Positions 1-12,217 are shown, numbered from the whole stretch's first letter. The stretch is DNA of 63,669 nucleotides, filler included, from Folioceros fuciformis (GCA_049999805.1; 14 parts of 14 records of this genome joined end to end with filler, not necessarily neighbours in it); one strand, 5' to 3'. Notes: generated by a model from the sequence alone, not told the origin. A program made the numbers and translations.

Positions 1-1625
1 CGTGTGTGAGCACTGTTTGTATGGGAAACAGACGAAGTCACCACATGGAGCAAGAGGTAAACACAAAAGTAAACCTCTTGAGTTGGTTCACAATGACATT
101 TGTGGACCTATGCCCACTGTATCGTTAGGCGGTGCATCCTATTTTTTCACTTTCATAGATGATTTCTCACGCAAGGTGTGGGTTTATCCTTTGAGGAAAA
201 AGGATGATGTTCTGACATTGTTTCAAAAGTTCGTCACTCTTGTGGAGAATCAGTCTGACCTGCGACTGAAATGCCTAAGGACAGACAATGGGGGAGAGTA
301 TGTTTCAAAGGCTTTTCAGTCATTCTATGATTCCAAGGGAATCAGGAGAGAATTGACTGCCCCGTATACTCCTCTCCACAATGGTGTGGCTGAATGGATG
401 AACAGGATCATCCAAGAGAGGATGCATAGTTTGTTGTCAAGCTCTGGATTGCCTAACAGATTTTGGGCAGAAGCAGTGGTTACTGCAGTGCATCTTATTA
501 ACCGATCTCCTAATAGGGCTGTGGATGAGCAGGTTCCAGAGGAGATGTGGTCTGAGAAGAAGCCGTCTTACAAGCATCTACGAGTGTTTGGCTGCGAGGC
601 TTACTACCATGTTCCGAAGGAGTTTCGGGACAAGTTGGCTCCTAAGTTAAGAAAATGTATTTTTCTTGGCTATGGTAAATTTGGTGAGATGGGATACCGT
701 CTGTGGGATCCAGAGGCCAAGAGGATGGTTCGCAGCAATGACGTGTTCTTCAATGAGACCAAGATGCACAAGAAGCCTACTCCAGCTGTAGAGGTGCGAC
801 AGGTGGTCTTCTAAGAAGATAGCCTTGACCATCTCGCGCAGGTTGAACATCGTGATGTGCAGGAACAAGTTCATCCACTTGTAGAAGAGGAGAGAGTGCA
901 ACCAGCTCCGGTCGAGGCGCCAGTGCCTCGTAGGTCATGAAGGATCTCACGTCCTCCTGATAGGTATGTTCCATCTCTTGATTATGTCATGCTGACAGAT
1001 TGTGCGGAGCCCTCTTGTTATCAAGAGGCCATGTCAGTGACTGACAAGGACAAGTGGGAGAAGGCGATGCAATCAAAGATGGAATCGCTCCATAAGAACC
1101 AAACTTGGGAGTTGGTTCGGTTGCCTAGGGGCAAGAAGGCATTGCCATGCAAATGGGTGTATAAGATGAAGGACATACCCCATTATGGCAAACCCAAGTA
1201 CAAGGCAGGATTGGTTGCTAAGGGTTTGAAGCAGCAGCAAGGTATTGACTTTGATTAGATTTTCTCGCCAGTTGTCAAAATGACCATCTTGCGATGTGTT
1301 CTTGGTCTGGTTGCAAGGCATGACATGGAACTTGTCCAGATGGATATGAAGTCGGCATTTCTGCATGGTGATCTTCATGAAGAGGTATACATGCAGCAAC
1401 CAGAGGGTTTCATTGAGTAAGGCAAAGAGAGCCTGGTGTGCAGGTTAAAGAAGAGCCTTTATGGTTTGAAGCAGGCACCCAGGGAGTGGTATTTCAAATT
1501 CCACTCATTTATGCTTTCTCAAGGCTACAAAGGTAGCGATGAGGATCATTGCCTCTATACAAAGCAAACTAAGGATGGAAGCTTGCTCATTTTGGTCCTC
1601 TATGTGGATGATATGCTAATTGCTC
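1..1625 (+). mobile_element. Ty1/copia pol fragment (integrase and RT), degenerate; family A
   Basis: Integrase motifs DICGP, IDDFSRK, RTDNGGEY, NGVAE; RT motifs CKWVYK, LKKSLYGLKQAPREWY, YVDDML. Several in-frame stops. Ends abruptly after YVDDMLI. Confidence 0.95.
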
Positions 1626-1649
1626 TCTAGTGCCCACCAAACGATGACG

Positions 1650-2313
1650 GCGTGCTGTGAAGAAAGAGCAATTCATGAAGACAGAGGAATTTTTGGCTGG
1701 TGGCAAGAAAGGAGATGCATGGAAAGAGCATAATGTGATAAACCTCATTCATGTAAGAGGTGGGATGGAGACCGAATTTGACAAACTCCCAAACAAGGTT
1801 GGCCTTTTGCTACAACTCAAGAGTTAGTAGCAGCAAATTCCAGTTCTTGTCTATTTTTCTACCCCTCCAGGATTTGACATTTGGAGCAAGGTGGCTGCAG
1901 CAATAGCTGCAATTTGCCATGATTTTGATAAGAATTCGGAGGCCAGTAGGCAGAAATGGAAATTGATCTATAAGGACTACAAGGTGGACAAGGCTCATAA
2001 TGCCATATCCGGCAACGACAAGTCTGAAAAGTGTGCATGGTTTGACATTGTTGATCTTTATATGCATAATCGTGCTCACGTTGTGTGTGAGGCGCATGCT
2101 TCTTCACACAAGAGGTCAAGTGTGGTTAGTTCTACACGAAGTGGAGCTAGCAATGACAACATCGCTAAAAAGACAAAGACCTCTCAAGAAAGTTCAAGTG
2201 ATGCTATCAGCTTGTTGAGCTCCATGTCCAAGAAACTAGAAGCCCTTGAAGAGAAGAAAGTAGCACTACTGGAAACTTTAGTTGCCTCTCTGGCCACAAG
2301 TTTCAAGAAATAG
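1650..2313 (+). pseudogene. Myb/SANT-like (trihelix-type) DNA-binding protein remnant, possibly the second ORF of a PIF/Harbinger element
   Basis: Spaced Trp helices (AWKEHNVINLI...FDIWSKVAAAI...RQKWKLIYKDYK...CAWFDIVD) and a C-terminal coiled coil. GT-AG intron 1798-1870. One-base frameshift just before the donor. Confidence 0.55.
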
Positions 2314-2623
2314 TCTTAGTTCATATTTGACTTAAGAGTTTGGCTGCAACTTTCAGGGTTAGTAGCGGCTGCTAGAGGCATGTTCTATGAGAACTGAGAC
2401 CAACATTGTGTAGAGATTGTAAAGCTCTGTATCTGCGTGTATAAATCAGGATTTCTTAGGGTCCAAACTTCACCTGATTTGCACTCAAAGTTTGACTCTC
2501 ATTTTTTATAAACAAAGTCTCACTACAACTTTGAGTGCTCATAGCAACTGCTAAACGCATGTTCCATAAAAACTAAGACCACCATAGTGTTCAACTTGCA
2601 AGGGCCTACACGTGGGTATATAA

Positions 2624-2723
2624 NNNNNNNNNNNNNNNNNNNNNNNNNNNNNNNNNNNNNNNNNNNNTTAATTAATTAANNNNNNNNNNNNNNNNNNNNN
2701 NNNNNNNNNNNNNNNNNNNNNNN
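2624..2723. other. Artificial contig spacer (44 N + TTAATTAATTAA + 44 N); first of 13
   Basis: Identical 100-bp spacers also at 12639, 18485, 22752, 30551, 33967, 39494, 43433, 49776, 52484, 55330, 58833 and 62319. TTAATTAATTAA places stops in all six frames. Confidence 0.98.
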
Positions 2724-3461
2724 TGTTCAGCCTGCGCGGGACGGTCAAGTCCATCTGCTTGGAAGACCACCCGTCGCACCTCCATAGTTGGAGTAGGCTT
2801 CTTGTGCATCTTGGTCTCATTGAAGAACACATCATTGCTGCGAACCATCCTCTTGGCTTCTGGATCCCACAGACGGTATCCCATCTCACCAGATTCACCA
2901 TAGCCAAGAAAAATACATTTTCTTGACTTAGGAGCCAACTTGTCGCGAAACTCCTTCGGAACATGGTAGTATGCCTCGCAGCCAAACACTCGTAGATGTT
3001 TGTATGACGGCTTCTTTCCAGACCACATCTCCTCTGGAACCTGGTCATCCACAGCCCTATTAGGAGATCTGTTAAAAAGATGCACTGCCATAACCACCGC
3101 TTCTGCCCAAAATCCGTTAGGCTCTGATACCACTTGTAGGACCACTAGAGGAGCATGGTGGAGGAGAGGAGAAGAGGAGGCAGAGAGGAGAGGAGAAAAC
3201 GAGGTCACATTGAGAGTAGTTGGCAAGGGAGCTCAAGGGGGTATTTATACCCTCTAGAAGAGCTCCCTAGGAAGCTTCACAAGAAGCTCACAGGAAGCTG
3301 CGCAAGAAGCTTCCTACAGATTAGCTTAAGCTAATCTAAAATAATGATACTTAACTAGACACTAATCTTAGACTAAACACATTAGTCTAAGCACATTAAC
3401 TAGACACTAATCTTAGACTAAACACATTAGCCTAAGCACATTGGGCTTTAATAACCCTACA
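2724..3461 (-). mobile_element. Internally deleted Ty1/copia element, family A: 5' LTR + PBS fused to integrase C-terminus
   Basis: LTR 3135-3461 with TGTAGG...CCTACA termini. PBS TGGTATCAGAGC at 3132-3121. Followed directly by integrase sequence (FWAEAV...CIFLGY) closely similar to 450-850. Confidence 0.92.
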
Positions 3462-3873
3462 AAAGGTTCCTTTCCTGTAAACTCTTCACATAGAGGGCTT
3501 TAGTTTCTCGAATGTCCGTTGGCCTACTTGAATATTAGGGCGCTCCTGGCAGAACCGCAGATAAAATTCCGTCTACACAGCCCACATGGCAATGCATCCG
3601 CTAGGAGACCACGTGAACATTGGACTATGCATATGAGGTAGTGTGGAAACCTAAATGTATTTGTCTAGTGAAATATGTATCATAGTACTTGGAAAAATGA
3701 CAACATGTACCTGACCAAGTGGAGAGATTGTAGTGACCAAAGTAGTAGCACACTGATACTACTGGACTGACTAGTGCACCATATTCCCATACTGTGCAAC
3801 AGGTGCAAGCACGTGGCCACTCTCGTGGACACTATGCCAAGGAACCAAGTCAATAGCCAAGCATCATGGCCCA

Positions 3874-4457
3874 GTGGTCACCAATGTGACCACTGTGCCA
3901 AGTAGGTCTACAGCCAAGCATCGTAGTGGCCACCAATGTGACTATGTGCCAAGCAAAGTCAATAGCCAAGCATCACGGCCCAGTGGTCACCAATGTGACC
4001 CCTATGCCAAGCACGATCTACGGCCAAGCATCACAGTGGTCACCAATGTGACCACTATGCCAAGCAGATCTACAGCCAAGCATCTTAGTTGCCACCAAAG
4101 CGACTATGTGCTAGGCAAAGTCAATAGCCAAGTATCACAGTGGTCACCAACGTGACCAGTGTATCGAGCAAGGTCACCAATGTGACCACTGTGCTCAGCA
4201 AGGTCACCAATGTGACCACTGTGCCAAGAAGGTCACCAATGTGACCATTGTGCTCAGCATGGTCACCAATGTGAGCATTGTGCCGAGCAAGGTCACCAAT
4301 GTGACCACTGTGCTGAGCAAGGTCACTAGTGTGACCACTTTGCCGAGCAAGGTCACCAATGTGACCACTGTGCTTAGCAAGGTCAATAGCCCAGCATGAA
4401 AGTGGTCACCAATGGGACCACTATGCCAAGCAGCAAGGTCAACAGCCAACCATCACA
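3874..4457. repeat. Minisatellite with palindromic core GGTCAC-CAAT-GTGACC
   Basis: About 14 copies of the core. Units are ~52-57 bp at 3874-4140, then exact 30-bp periodicity at ~4172-4380. Confidence 0.92.
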
Positions 4458-4469
4458 ATCAAAACCAAT

Positions 4470-5070
4470 TACACCGAAGTGCATCAAGGAAGTGTGTTAT
4501 ATGCTTGGTGTATGTCTTTGGAGCAATCCTTTGCTGCTTGGTGTCCTTGGTATTCAACGAGGGCCGTGACGTAAGCTCCCAGAATTACACAATGGTCTCT
4601 CTGATGTGTCCTAGGACCATGTCACTCCGAGACTTCCAGCCTGCTCCACACTAAGGTGAAACATCACCATGTGCTAACCCTTGGCGAGAGGTAAGTGCTC
4701 GATACAACTGCCTCCTACTAACACCTATCTATTGAGAAAGAGATGAAACAAGATGCCTCCCCTGGATGCCATTTGACAGAATGATGTTGAACAAAGTGTT
4801 TGTTGCCCTTAAGTGACCACCATGTTGTACATCCTTCAGGCTTGTGCAAGCATTCTTCACATTCTTCAGTACTAGTGCAGCAAGCTTGTTGTCCCTAGCA
4901 GACTGGCTAAATTCTGATTGGTAACCCTTCAGTACTGGTAGTTGCCAAAAATGGGACAAAATGTCCTTCCTGCAATCTGCTATGTATGCTGAAGTGGCAT
5001 GCAGAAATTGTTGCCCAAGCTCACGAGCAACGCGCTGCTTAACCCTAGTAGAACACTGACACAACCCATC
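4470..5070 (-). pseudogene. Degenerate ORF, probably the N-terminal part of the adjacent transposase in inverted orientation
   Basis: ORF 4729-5064 continues in frame through stops as GVSRRQLYRAL...FWELTSRPSLNTKD...RIAPKTYTKHITHFL. Assignment to the transposase is inference. Confidence 0.4.
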
Positions 5071-5474
5071 CTATGCAATTACAGCACGTTGCTCCACTCT
5101 CCACATCCGTACATGTTCTGTGGACGTACATTTTACATGATGGCCATCACCAACAACACACTCTCCATCCCCACCAACATCAGTAGCATGAAGAGCTACC
5201 ACCCCTTCCACCCCTTCATTGTTGTCCAAATAAACTGTGGGAATTGTTGTAGTTGGAGGACATGATGGGTGCTGAACTTGCCTTTCCCTTGCCCTTTCCC
5301 TTTGTCACCGCTTCTACTAAGCCCATGCTCGCCGTTGGCTTCCAAGGGATCGAACCATTCCACACATAAGTATGGGCTATGTAGTGGCAGAAGCTATTAT
5401 TCAGGCCGCCCTTGGCATATGAACCTTGGAAAAAAACAAGGGAACACCTCCATGAGAATCAGGTGCACAAGTTG

Positions 5475-5527
5475 CTCTCTGCCTCCTCTTCTCCTCTCCT
5501 CCACCATGCTCCTCTAGTGGTCCTACA
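5475..5527 (+). repeat. Remnant of the family A LTR 3' end
   Basis: ctctctgcctcctcttctcctctcctccaccatgctcctctagtggtcctaca matches the reverse complement of 3135-3187. Confidence 0.9.
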
Positions 5528-7440
5528 CCTTTGTTGTTGTAGATATCATGTGAAGATGGCATTTCTGAAGAATGCCTTCAATGGCCTGCAAGGAACTGGT
5601 TCAAGAGTTCATCCCCGTGGCGCCTATGAATGCTCCTGTGATTTTTTTGCATGTACTGCTACCGGGTCTGCAATTCTGAGTCCTACCTACGATGCTACAT
5701 CCTCCTCTTTGTCATCGGTGAGGGTTTTGTGTGAACGTATCCTGTGTGGAAGGAAACCATATGCTTATTGGCATGCTCTTCCATGCTTGCAAGGAATGTG
5801 TGCCGCATGTGGTGTCAGCACACTACCATTTTGTTCAGCAGATTGGATACAGATATTCAACCACACTCTGTGCTCAAATGGCGCTGTTTCCAATACCAAG
5901 TAGTGGGTAAAGATGTAGTTGGCAACAATAAGAAACAAATCAAGTTAGTGTTCATGGAAACGCATCTAGCAATGTTCGTGGAGTACCTAAAGGGTAAGCT
6001 GCAGGAGTTTGTGCTCCATGATCTCATCCAGCGATGGCAAGGCATAGAGTTTAGAAAATCTATAGAATGGTTTCCACAAGACATCATTGTGTCTGTGATG
6101 GATTTCTCCCAGAACTATGCTTTTGCTTTGCAGAACGAAATTCAATCCATGCATTGGCAAAACAACCAAGTGTCCATTATGGTTTTGGTATTTTACAGGC
6201 GCAATGGGCCCCTCCATGCTGAAGATCCAGCGTCCACCATAGAGAAGTATTACCATTTTTATATTAGCGATGACATGGTGCATGACACTCTTGTTGTGCA
6301 GCACTGTTTGTTACATCAATGGTGGTGGATGCAGGATTGTGGGTTCCCGGCTTCACGGGAGCACCGGTGCTGGTCAGATGGAGCGGCCAGTCAAATGGAG
6401 CGGCCAGTCAATTCAAGGATTGTCAACCATCCTACTTCATTGCTCGTTACCCCAACCTCACAGGAGGGTGCAACATGTTGTGGTCATATTTTGGAAGTGG
6501 GCATGGAGAGGGGGAGCACTACTGGGTTGGGGCAATCCTGAAGAGAGGGCTCAGTGCAGCCGAGTCGTCTCCTATAGCTAGTCGCTTGCAGAGTGCAGCA
6601 GACGTGGTGGAGTACCTTAGGAACAACATGTCATGTGCTGCTAGAACATCATATTTGTCTGGCGAGCATAGGGTGCATCGGAGTTTTTGGCTGATAAGGA
6701 AAAATGAGGTGAACCGTAGGAACAAATATGGATGTGACCCCATTCCAAGCTCTAAGATGATGCACAACTTGTATGGTTGCAGTGTGAATGACCCTACGTA
6801 GCTAATGATGCGGAGCTTGGCTTGCTTCTGTGTGGAGTGTATTCAAAGCAACCATGCTGATTGTGAGACTGTCCCTCACTCTGGATTTTGGAAACCGGTG
6901 GCATTAAGGGCTCATGGGGATGCCACCACTCATCGAATTATTAGGCAAGTTGCCGCAGAGTCATCAACAAGGCTCCCCAATGCTGGGACTGTTCTATTGC
7001 CTGTGTGGATGACACTGATGTGAATGTCTCGCAGTTGGCGGACGCCTTGGAAGTTGGTGACAACTTCCTTGTTTAAGCGGACCCAAAAGACGAGGAGGGT
7101 CAGGACTTTTACCTCATATGTTGCACCGAAGCAAAGCACAAGATTCGAGTGGCTCGCCGTTGCCTGTGGAGTCGTACCACCTACCAATCAAGGGAGGAGG
7201 TGATTGTTGGTCAGTACTACTAGCTGCAAGAAGACGAGGCAAGCCCTGTGTACAGTTTGCCCCTTCATCTACATGAGTGCATCTTGCCCGCAAAGCTTGT
7301 TCAAGCATGCAAATTTGAGATGGCTCCCCTACGCCAAGAGGGTGAAGTGTGGCTTTACACCTCTCTGCTGAAGCACGGGCTGTGGTGACCATGGTGGTGG
7401 AGGAACGCTTTTGCGACTCCATGGTCATCCACCCTTAGAG
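5528..7440 (+). mobile_element. Degenerate DDD-type DNA transposase, Sola2-like
   Basis: Cys-rich N-region (CCCRYHV; CLQGMCAACG). Core motifs MDFSQNY...EIQSMHW, ISDDMVHD, WSDGAASQFK, FGSGHGEGEH. C-terminal ACFCVEC. Contains frameshifts and stops. Family name is from recalled motif similarity. Confidence 0.65.
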
Positions 7441-8669
7441 ATCCATTGTACTCCTTTTTCCCCAACCTTGAGGCCATACATGTCCAGTGGGTAAGTATGG
7501 GAACTAGATTCATTTGAAAAGCGTGCCAAATTCACAGTCCTTTTGTTTTGTCTCTCATGGCAATCGTCAACCACAATGTGTGCCTACCATACCGTGACCA
7601 CTTCCCCAGGCATGTGCACTTGTCACATTTTTGTGAATGCCGTATTTAAGCAATGCTGGTCCCCTTTGTGGGGTTGCCCTGCCACATGTCACAGCCGGTG
7701 GCCCCATCTTCCCACCACGTACTATTGGCTTGTCGCCCCCCTTTCGTCTTGAAAGTCTATCTAACCCTCCCCTCATCCACCCTTAAGAATCCAGCATCTT
7801 ACATGGACTTGCCGCCATTGCCTGCTGTGGAGTTAGCTGCAACAATCTTTGGCGGCAACTTGCAGCAAGCCGCTGTTGGCGGTTCCCTCTGGCAAGGCAC
7901 AAAGGTCACAGTTGGCCCGCATCTCATTGCCTCACTAGTGATCGCCATTGCACAGTCGCCGTTGTTTGACTCTACAACCAAATACTTGCTGCGCATGGAA
8001 AGGGTGCGAGCATGAAGACGTTACTGGCTGGGGATGCATAAGATTTGGATGGCACTAGATCATGTTGGGAGTGGAGGACACCTTGTGTCACGAGCCGGTC
8101 AGCATGGTGCAGAAGATCGGGTACACGACCCAGCACACACCGGAGCACTCCGTTCCCGAACAGAGTGCTCCATTCAGGAACCCTTGAGCGAATGCGCTGC
8201 GTGGCTCACTCGAACGTGGAGAGCCCGATCGCTTCATCCCAAGAATGCAGAAGGACCACGACATTTAGGGAATAGATCTGGCGACCCTAGCTACAACGAC
8301 CAAATGGGCAGACCAATTGTGGTGAGTACCTGATGCATGAAGGCCTAGGACCACCGTTGGCGGGTTGGGCTAAGGCCGATTGCTTTCCCCCTAGCTGTCT
8401 CCCACATTTTCCATCCTTCTCCTTGTCCACGCTCAAAACCCCTCCTAACGATCAGATCAAAGTCGTTCCCGAACTTGCCCGCGGATAGGATTGTTCCATC
8501 GGACCCCTTCCTCCACTCTCGTCCTCTCATCCCTGTTTCCTTCACCTCCACTTACTTACTCTGACACGTTGTCGACAGGGTGTAAGTGCGCTATGCCAGC
8601 ATTAGCCTAGCTGGGTCCTCCGCCATTGCTCCCTTTTGACTCCGCTTACCTGCCAAGTTTAGCCACTAC

Positions 8670-9200
8670 ATCAACACATTTGGAGAATCCAGTAGTCTTC
8701 AGAATTTTGACTTTGGGGAATTATGTTTTCCAGAGAGCATAGAAATGAGAATGAGAAACGTTTGTGAGTACTGCATTGCAGACTTTGCATTCGTACTCTA
8801 AGAAAATCTCTCCCTTCGTATAAGAATCTAGCAAATGTAAGACCGTTGCATTGGGCAGTCTTTTAGCTATTAGCTTGAAGAAGTGATCCATCTAGGAGAT
8901 GCACACATGTACGTGATTATCTTTTGGTCGGCACCTTCTATTCAACTCAGATGACGATGGAGCATTATGTAGGATGCGGTTCTTCACATCCTGGTATATG
9001 TCCCATCCAATGCAAAATACCTTCCAAATCTTTTTTGTGTTGCTCCCTACTCAAAGTGAGAAATCGGTACTGCAATTGCTCGATATATTTTTTCCCAATC
9101 TTCAACAAACATCCATTGCTGGAACAATGAGATTCCCATGTTCTCCTAATCAGCCTTGGAATACATAGCTTCTTTGCTTGCACATGCCAATTGGGTACAT
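8670..9200 (-). mobile_element. Degenerate DNA transposase N-terminal fragment (Sola1/DUF7869-like)
   Basis: Minus-strand translation RLPNATVLHLLDSYTKGEIFLEY...VSHSHFYALWKT*FPKVKILKTTGFSKC, with CSSNGCL...IEQLQYRFLTLSREQ upstream. Confidence 0.35.
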
Positions 9201-11689
9201 ATGTCCTTTTTTTTGCAAGGCTTGCTTCTTTGAGACTCTCAATCGAGGATTTCTGCGCAAATTGGTTCCGATCCTCACATCCTCCACTGGAACAATCTTA
9301 GGTCACAAGACTCTGTCGCATACATGTCAGCATCCTCATTCCGACTCTCGAACAATCTTCTCTAAGATTGTAGTTGATTGTCATCGCCTTCTGTATCAAA
9401 GTTAATCGAACCCTCATTCTCATCTAAATTGGTACCTCCTTGCTCCTGAAGGCATCCACGGTTGACTTTTGCGCATTTTGGCATTATGCTAAGTGATCTC
9501 CGCAATGACTGGTCAGGTGTCGTATCCACAATGGTCCACTTTAATCTTCCTTCAACCAAACCAAGTCCTCTTGGCATATTGAATTTTGTACTTCCTCAAG
9601 GGGCAACTACATCTGTATTTGCCGCCTGTTTGGATTCTTTGGCATCTGTATCATGTCCTTGAACAGTAGCACATCCCCTTCGTTGGTATTGCTCTCGCTC
9701 TTATCAACTGCACAACAAGTGAGAACATTGCTAATAGTGGTAGTTGTCGGCTGCTTTGCCTACTGCGTATTAGTGGCGATGACTTTGAAACAGGCTTGTG
9801 CGCAGCGGACAATGCAGTTTGATTTAGCATGATTTTTTGTAGATCACCTTAATTCATCTCGGCCGAATGTTTGTAACAGGCAACAAACGCTCACTAACCA
9901 AACTTAACTACAGTTAAGGAAACCAACACATAGTTAAACAAACTCCAGTTATCAGGCATCCCCCCAAGGCTGGTGCACAAAACCAACATGTGACATGGTG
10001 CATTTTCTAACCCTAAGTTCATGGTCGAGTTGGGAACGTTGAGGAGGATGCTAGTTCTGCTCACTCCACTTTGTTGGAAGAGAAGGAACATCTACGAGGA
10101 AGAGAATTTTATGTGTGCCATTGTCAACACCATGAATTGGCCAGAGGCAGTTTGTCATCCTGAGTTGGCCTAGGTTTCACAATAGGCATGGGATTCACAA
10201 CGACATGCGCCAGCAAGTTCGACAATCTGCGAGAAACACTTGCAGTTGTAGGTCATAGGGATTGGCTAGGGACATCGATTGTTGAGGACGGCTTGGGAGG
10301 CGTCCTGCTACGCACATCGTTGGGAGGCGGCAAGATAAATGGTTCATCCAGCAGATAGCAAATCCAACCACCAAGATACCTAATAGAAATCGTTTCTTGC
10401 AAATAGTCTACCAAGGAGGAATTGTAGGTACGTCCTCGATCGGCGAGTAGCCTTCCTCATCTAGCATTCGCAAAAAATCAAAACCAAGCAGGTGAATCGG
10501 TGCTTGTCTATTGCAAGCAGACTTCACAGCATGGGAATGTTTTTGATGTGTTTATGACGAATGCTTGTTGACATCCCTGGTGATCACTTGCCATGTTTGG
10601 TATTACATGTTTCCAGCTATAATTTGCTATGCTTGACAAATGGTGTTTTGTCCCTACAGTGGTGGCGCAGCGCTCTTCTCGTCAAAGGTGTTCACAAGTG
10701 CATAGCTAGATTTTAACTTGCGGTTTCCTTGTTAGATCGAGCATCCCAAAATAACAGGTTTAGGACATGTGAACTTCAAGGCTTTTCGTCAGTACTCATG
10801 AAGGGCAGATGGGAGTTATATTGGCTTGTTGATATTTGACAACTATATTTGTGCTATTGCAAATATGTTCCAACCATAGTGACAGATCCGTGCTAAGTAC
10901 GTGAATATTGACGACTCAGCACCTCATCCTTTGGTACAAAAGAGGAAAAGAGTGAATTCTCATGGAGAAGTGAAAAGCTCAGGCAAGAGGAAATCTTCAC
11001 AAGACAATGGGAAACGGCAAGAAATTGGTTTAGCTAAACCCAAGCCAAAAGCCACCTCTTTGGAGATTGATGCGGCATAGGGCATCTTTGGCTCCACGCG
11101 AGAAGGGAGTCAATGCACAAAAGCAAGTGCAAGCAGGGATGACCATAAAGCAAGACAAAGCATAGGGCTATTGGCAATGAATGAGGATCTTGTTGAGGTA
11201 ATCTTAGAAGATCTGGGAGTGGTAGCCGATATTGATATCGAGAATCCTTTTATAGCGAGAAAGAGGAAAGATGTACGTGACATTTATGTCGCTCTACTAG
11301 AACATGGATTGCTGGACAAAGAATGGTGTGTGCATGAAGAAGGAGCAGACTACACCCTCAAGAACTTTGACCCAATCCCTATTCTTTGGATCAATGGATA
11401 CTTGAATGCATCTCAGACGCAGAAGATGGTAGTGGGATAAATTCTCTAAATGTGGAAGTACGAAGTTTGTGGCCAAGTTTGAGTGAAGATGCTCATTTGC
11501 CTCATGAAAGAGAGGTTCTTCCTCCGCAATTCACATGTCCATTTGTTACTAACTTTATCCCCAAATAAATTGATACCACGATGCTGCAACATGTCAGACA
11601 TGCAGAGCGGATTGGCGAGTGCGATGGCTGCTAACAAGGTGAGGTTTTCGCTAAATCTGTTTTTTGTTTTTGTTTAGGGATGGCAACAG

Positions 11690-12062
11690 GCCTGGGCAAG
11701 CTAACACACACTGGTTTGCGCCATCAGCTTTGCCTGAGTGTGCTGCCGATCACTTGTTTGTGCAAGCTGTTTGGGCTGGGCCGGCTAGCACAAACTTGTT
11801 TGTGCCAACAGCCTAGCCTAGGTCTGTTGGCACGCACAAGTGCGCGGCAGCACACTATCTAGAGGCTGGCACGCTCAAGTGTGCACTAGTCGCTTAGGCG
11901 AAGGGCACTCGGGTAGGCTAGCACAAACTTGTTTGTGCCATGAGCTTGGGTGAGTCGGCTGGCGCAAACATCTGCTCGCCGTCAACTTGTCTCGGGTATG
12001 TTGGCATGCACTTGTGTGTGCCATTGCATTGTTTGGGAGTTGGCGCACCCAAGTACGCGCAA
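11690..12062. repeat. Degenerate tandem repeat (~41 bp) with palindromic core GCACAAAC-TT-GTTTGTGC
   Basis: Core exact at ~11787 and ~11921, with several degenerate copies between and around them. Confidence 0.7.
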
Positions 12063-12217
12063 GTAGGCTTTGTCGGCGATGCTATATCACCCAAGGTTAC
12101 AATAGCAGCCTTCGCTTAAAAGGCTAGCACGCACTTGGGCTGTGGGGACCATGCCACTGCAGCGAGTGGTGTGTAGCACTAATTCCCAAGCTCCCTAGCC
12201 ACGGACTCTTCCCCACG

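Noticed and set aside
2668-2679. Recurring TTAATTAATTAA as a biological motif
   Set aside because: Always centred in identical N runs; a synthetic six-frame stop linker. ORFs that run into these spacers are artefacts.
3874-4457. CRISPR-like array of palindromic repeats
   Set aside because: The intervening sequences are homologous to each other rather than unique spacers, there are no cas genes, and the context is eukaryotic.
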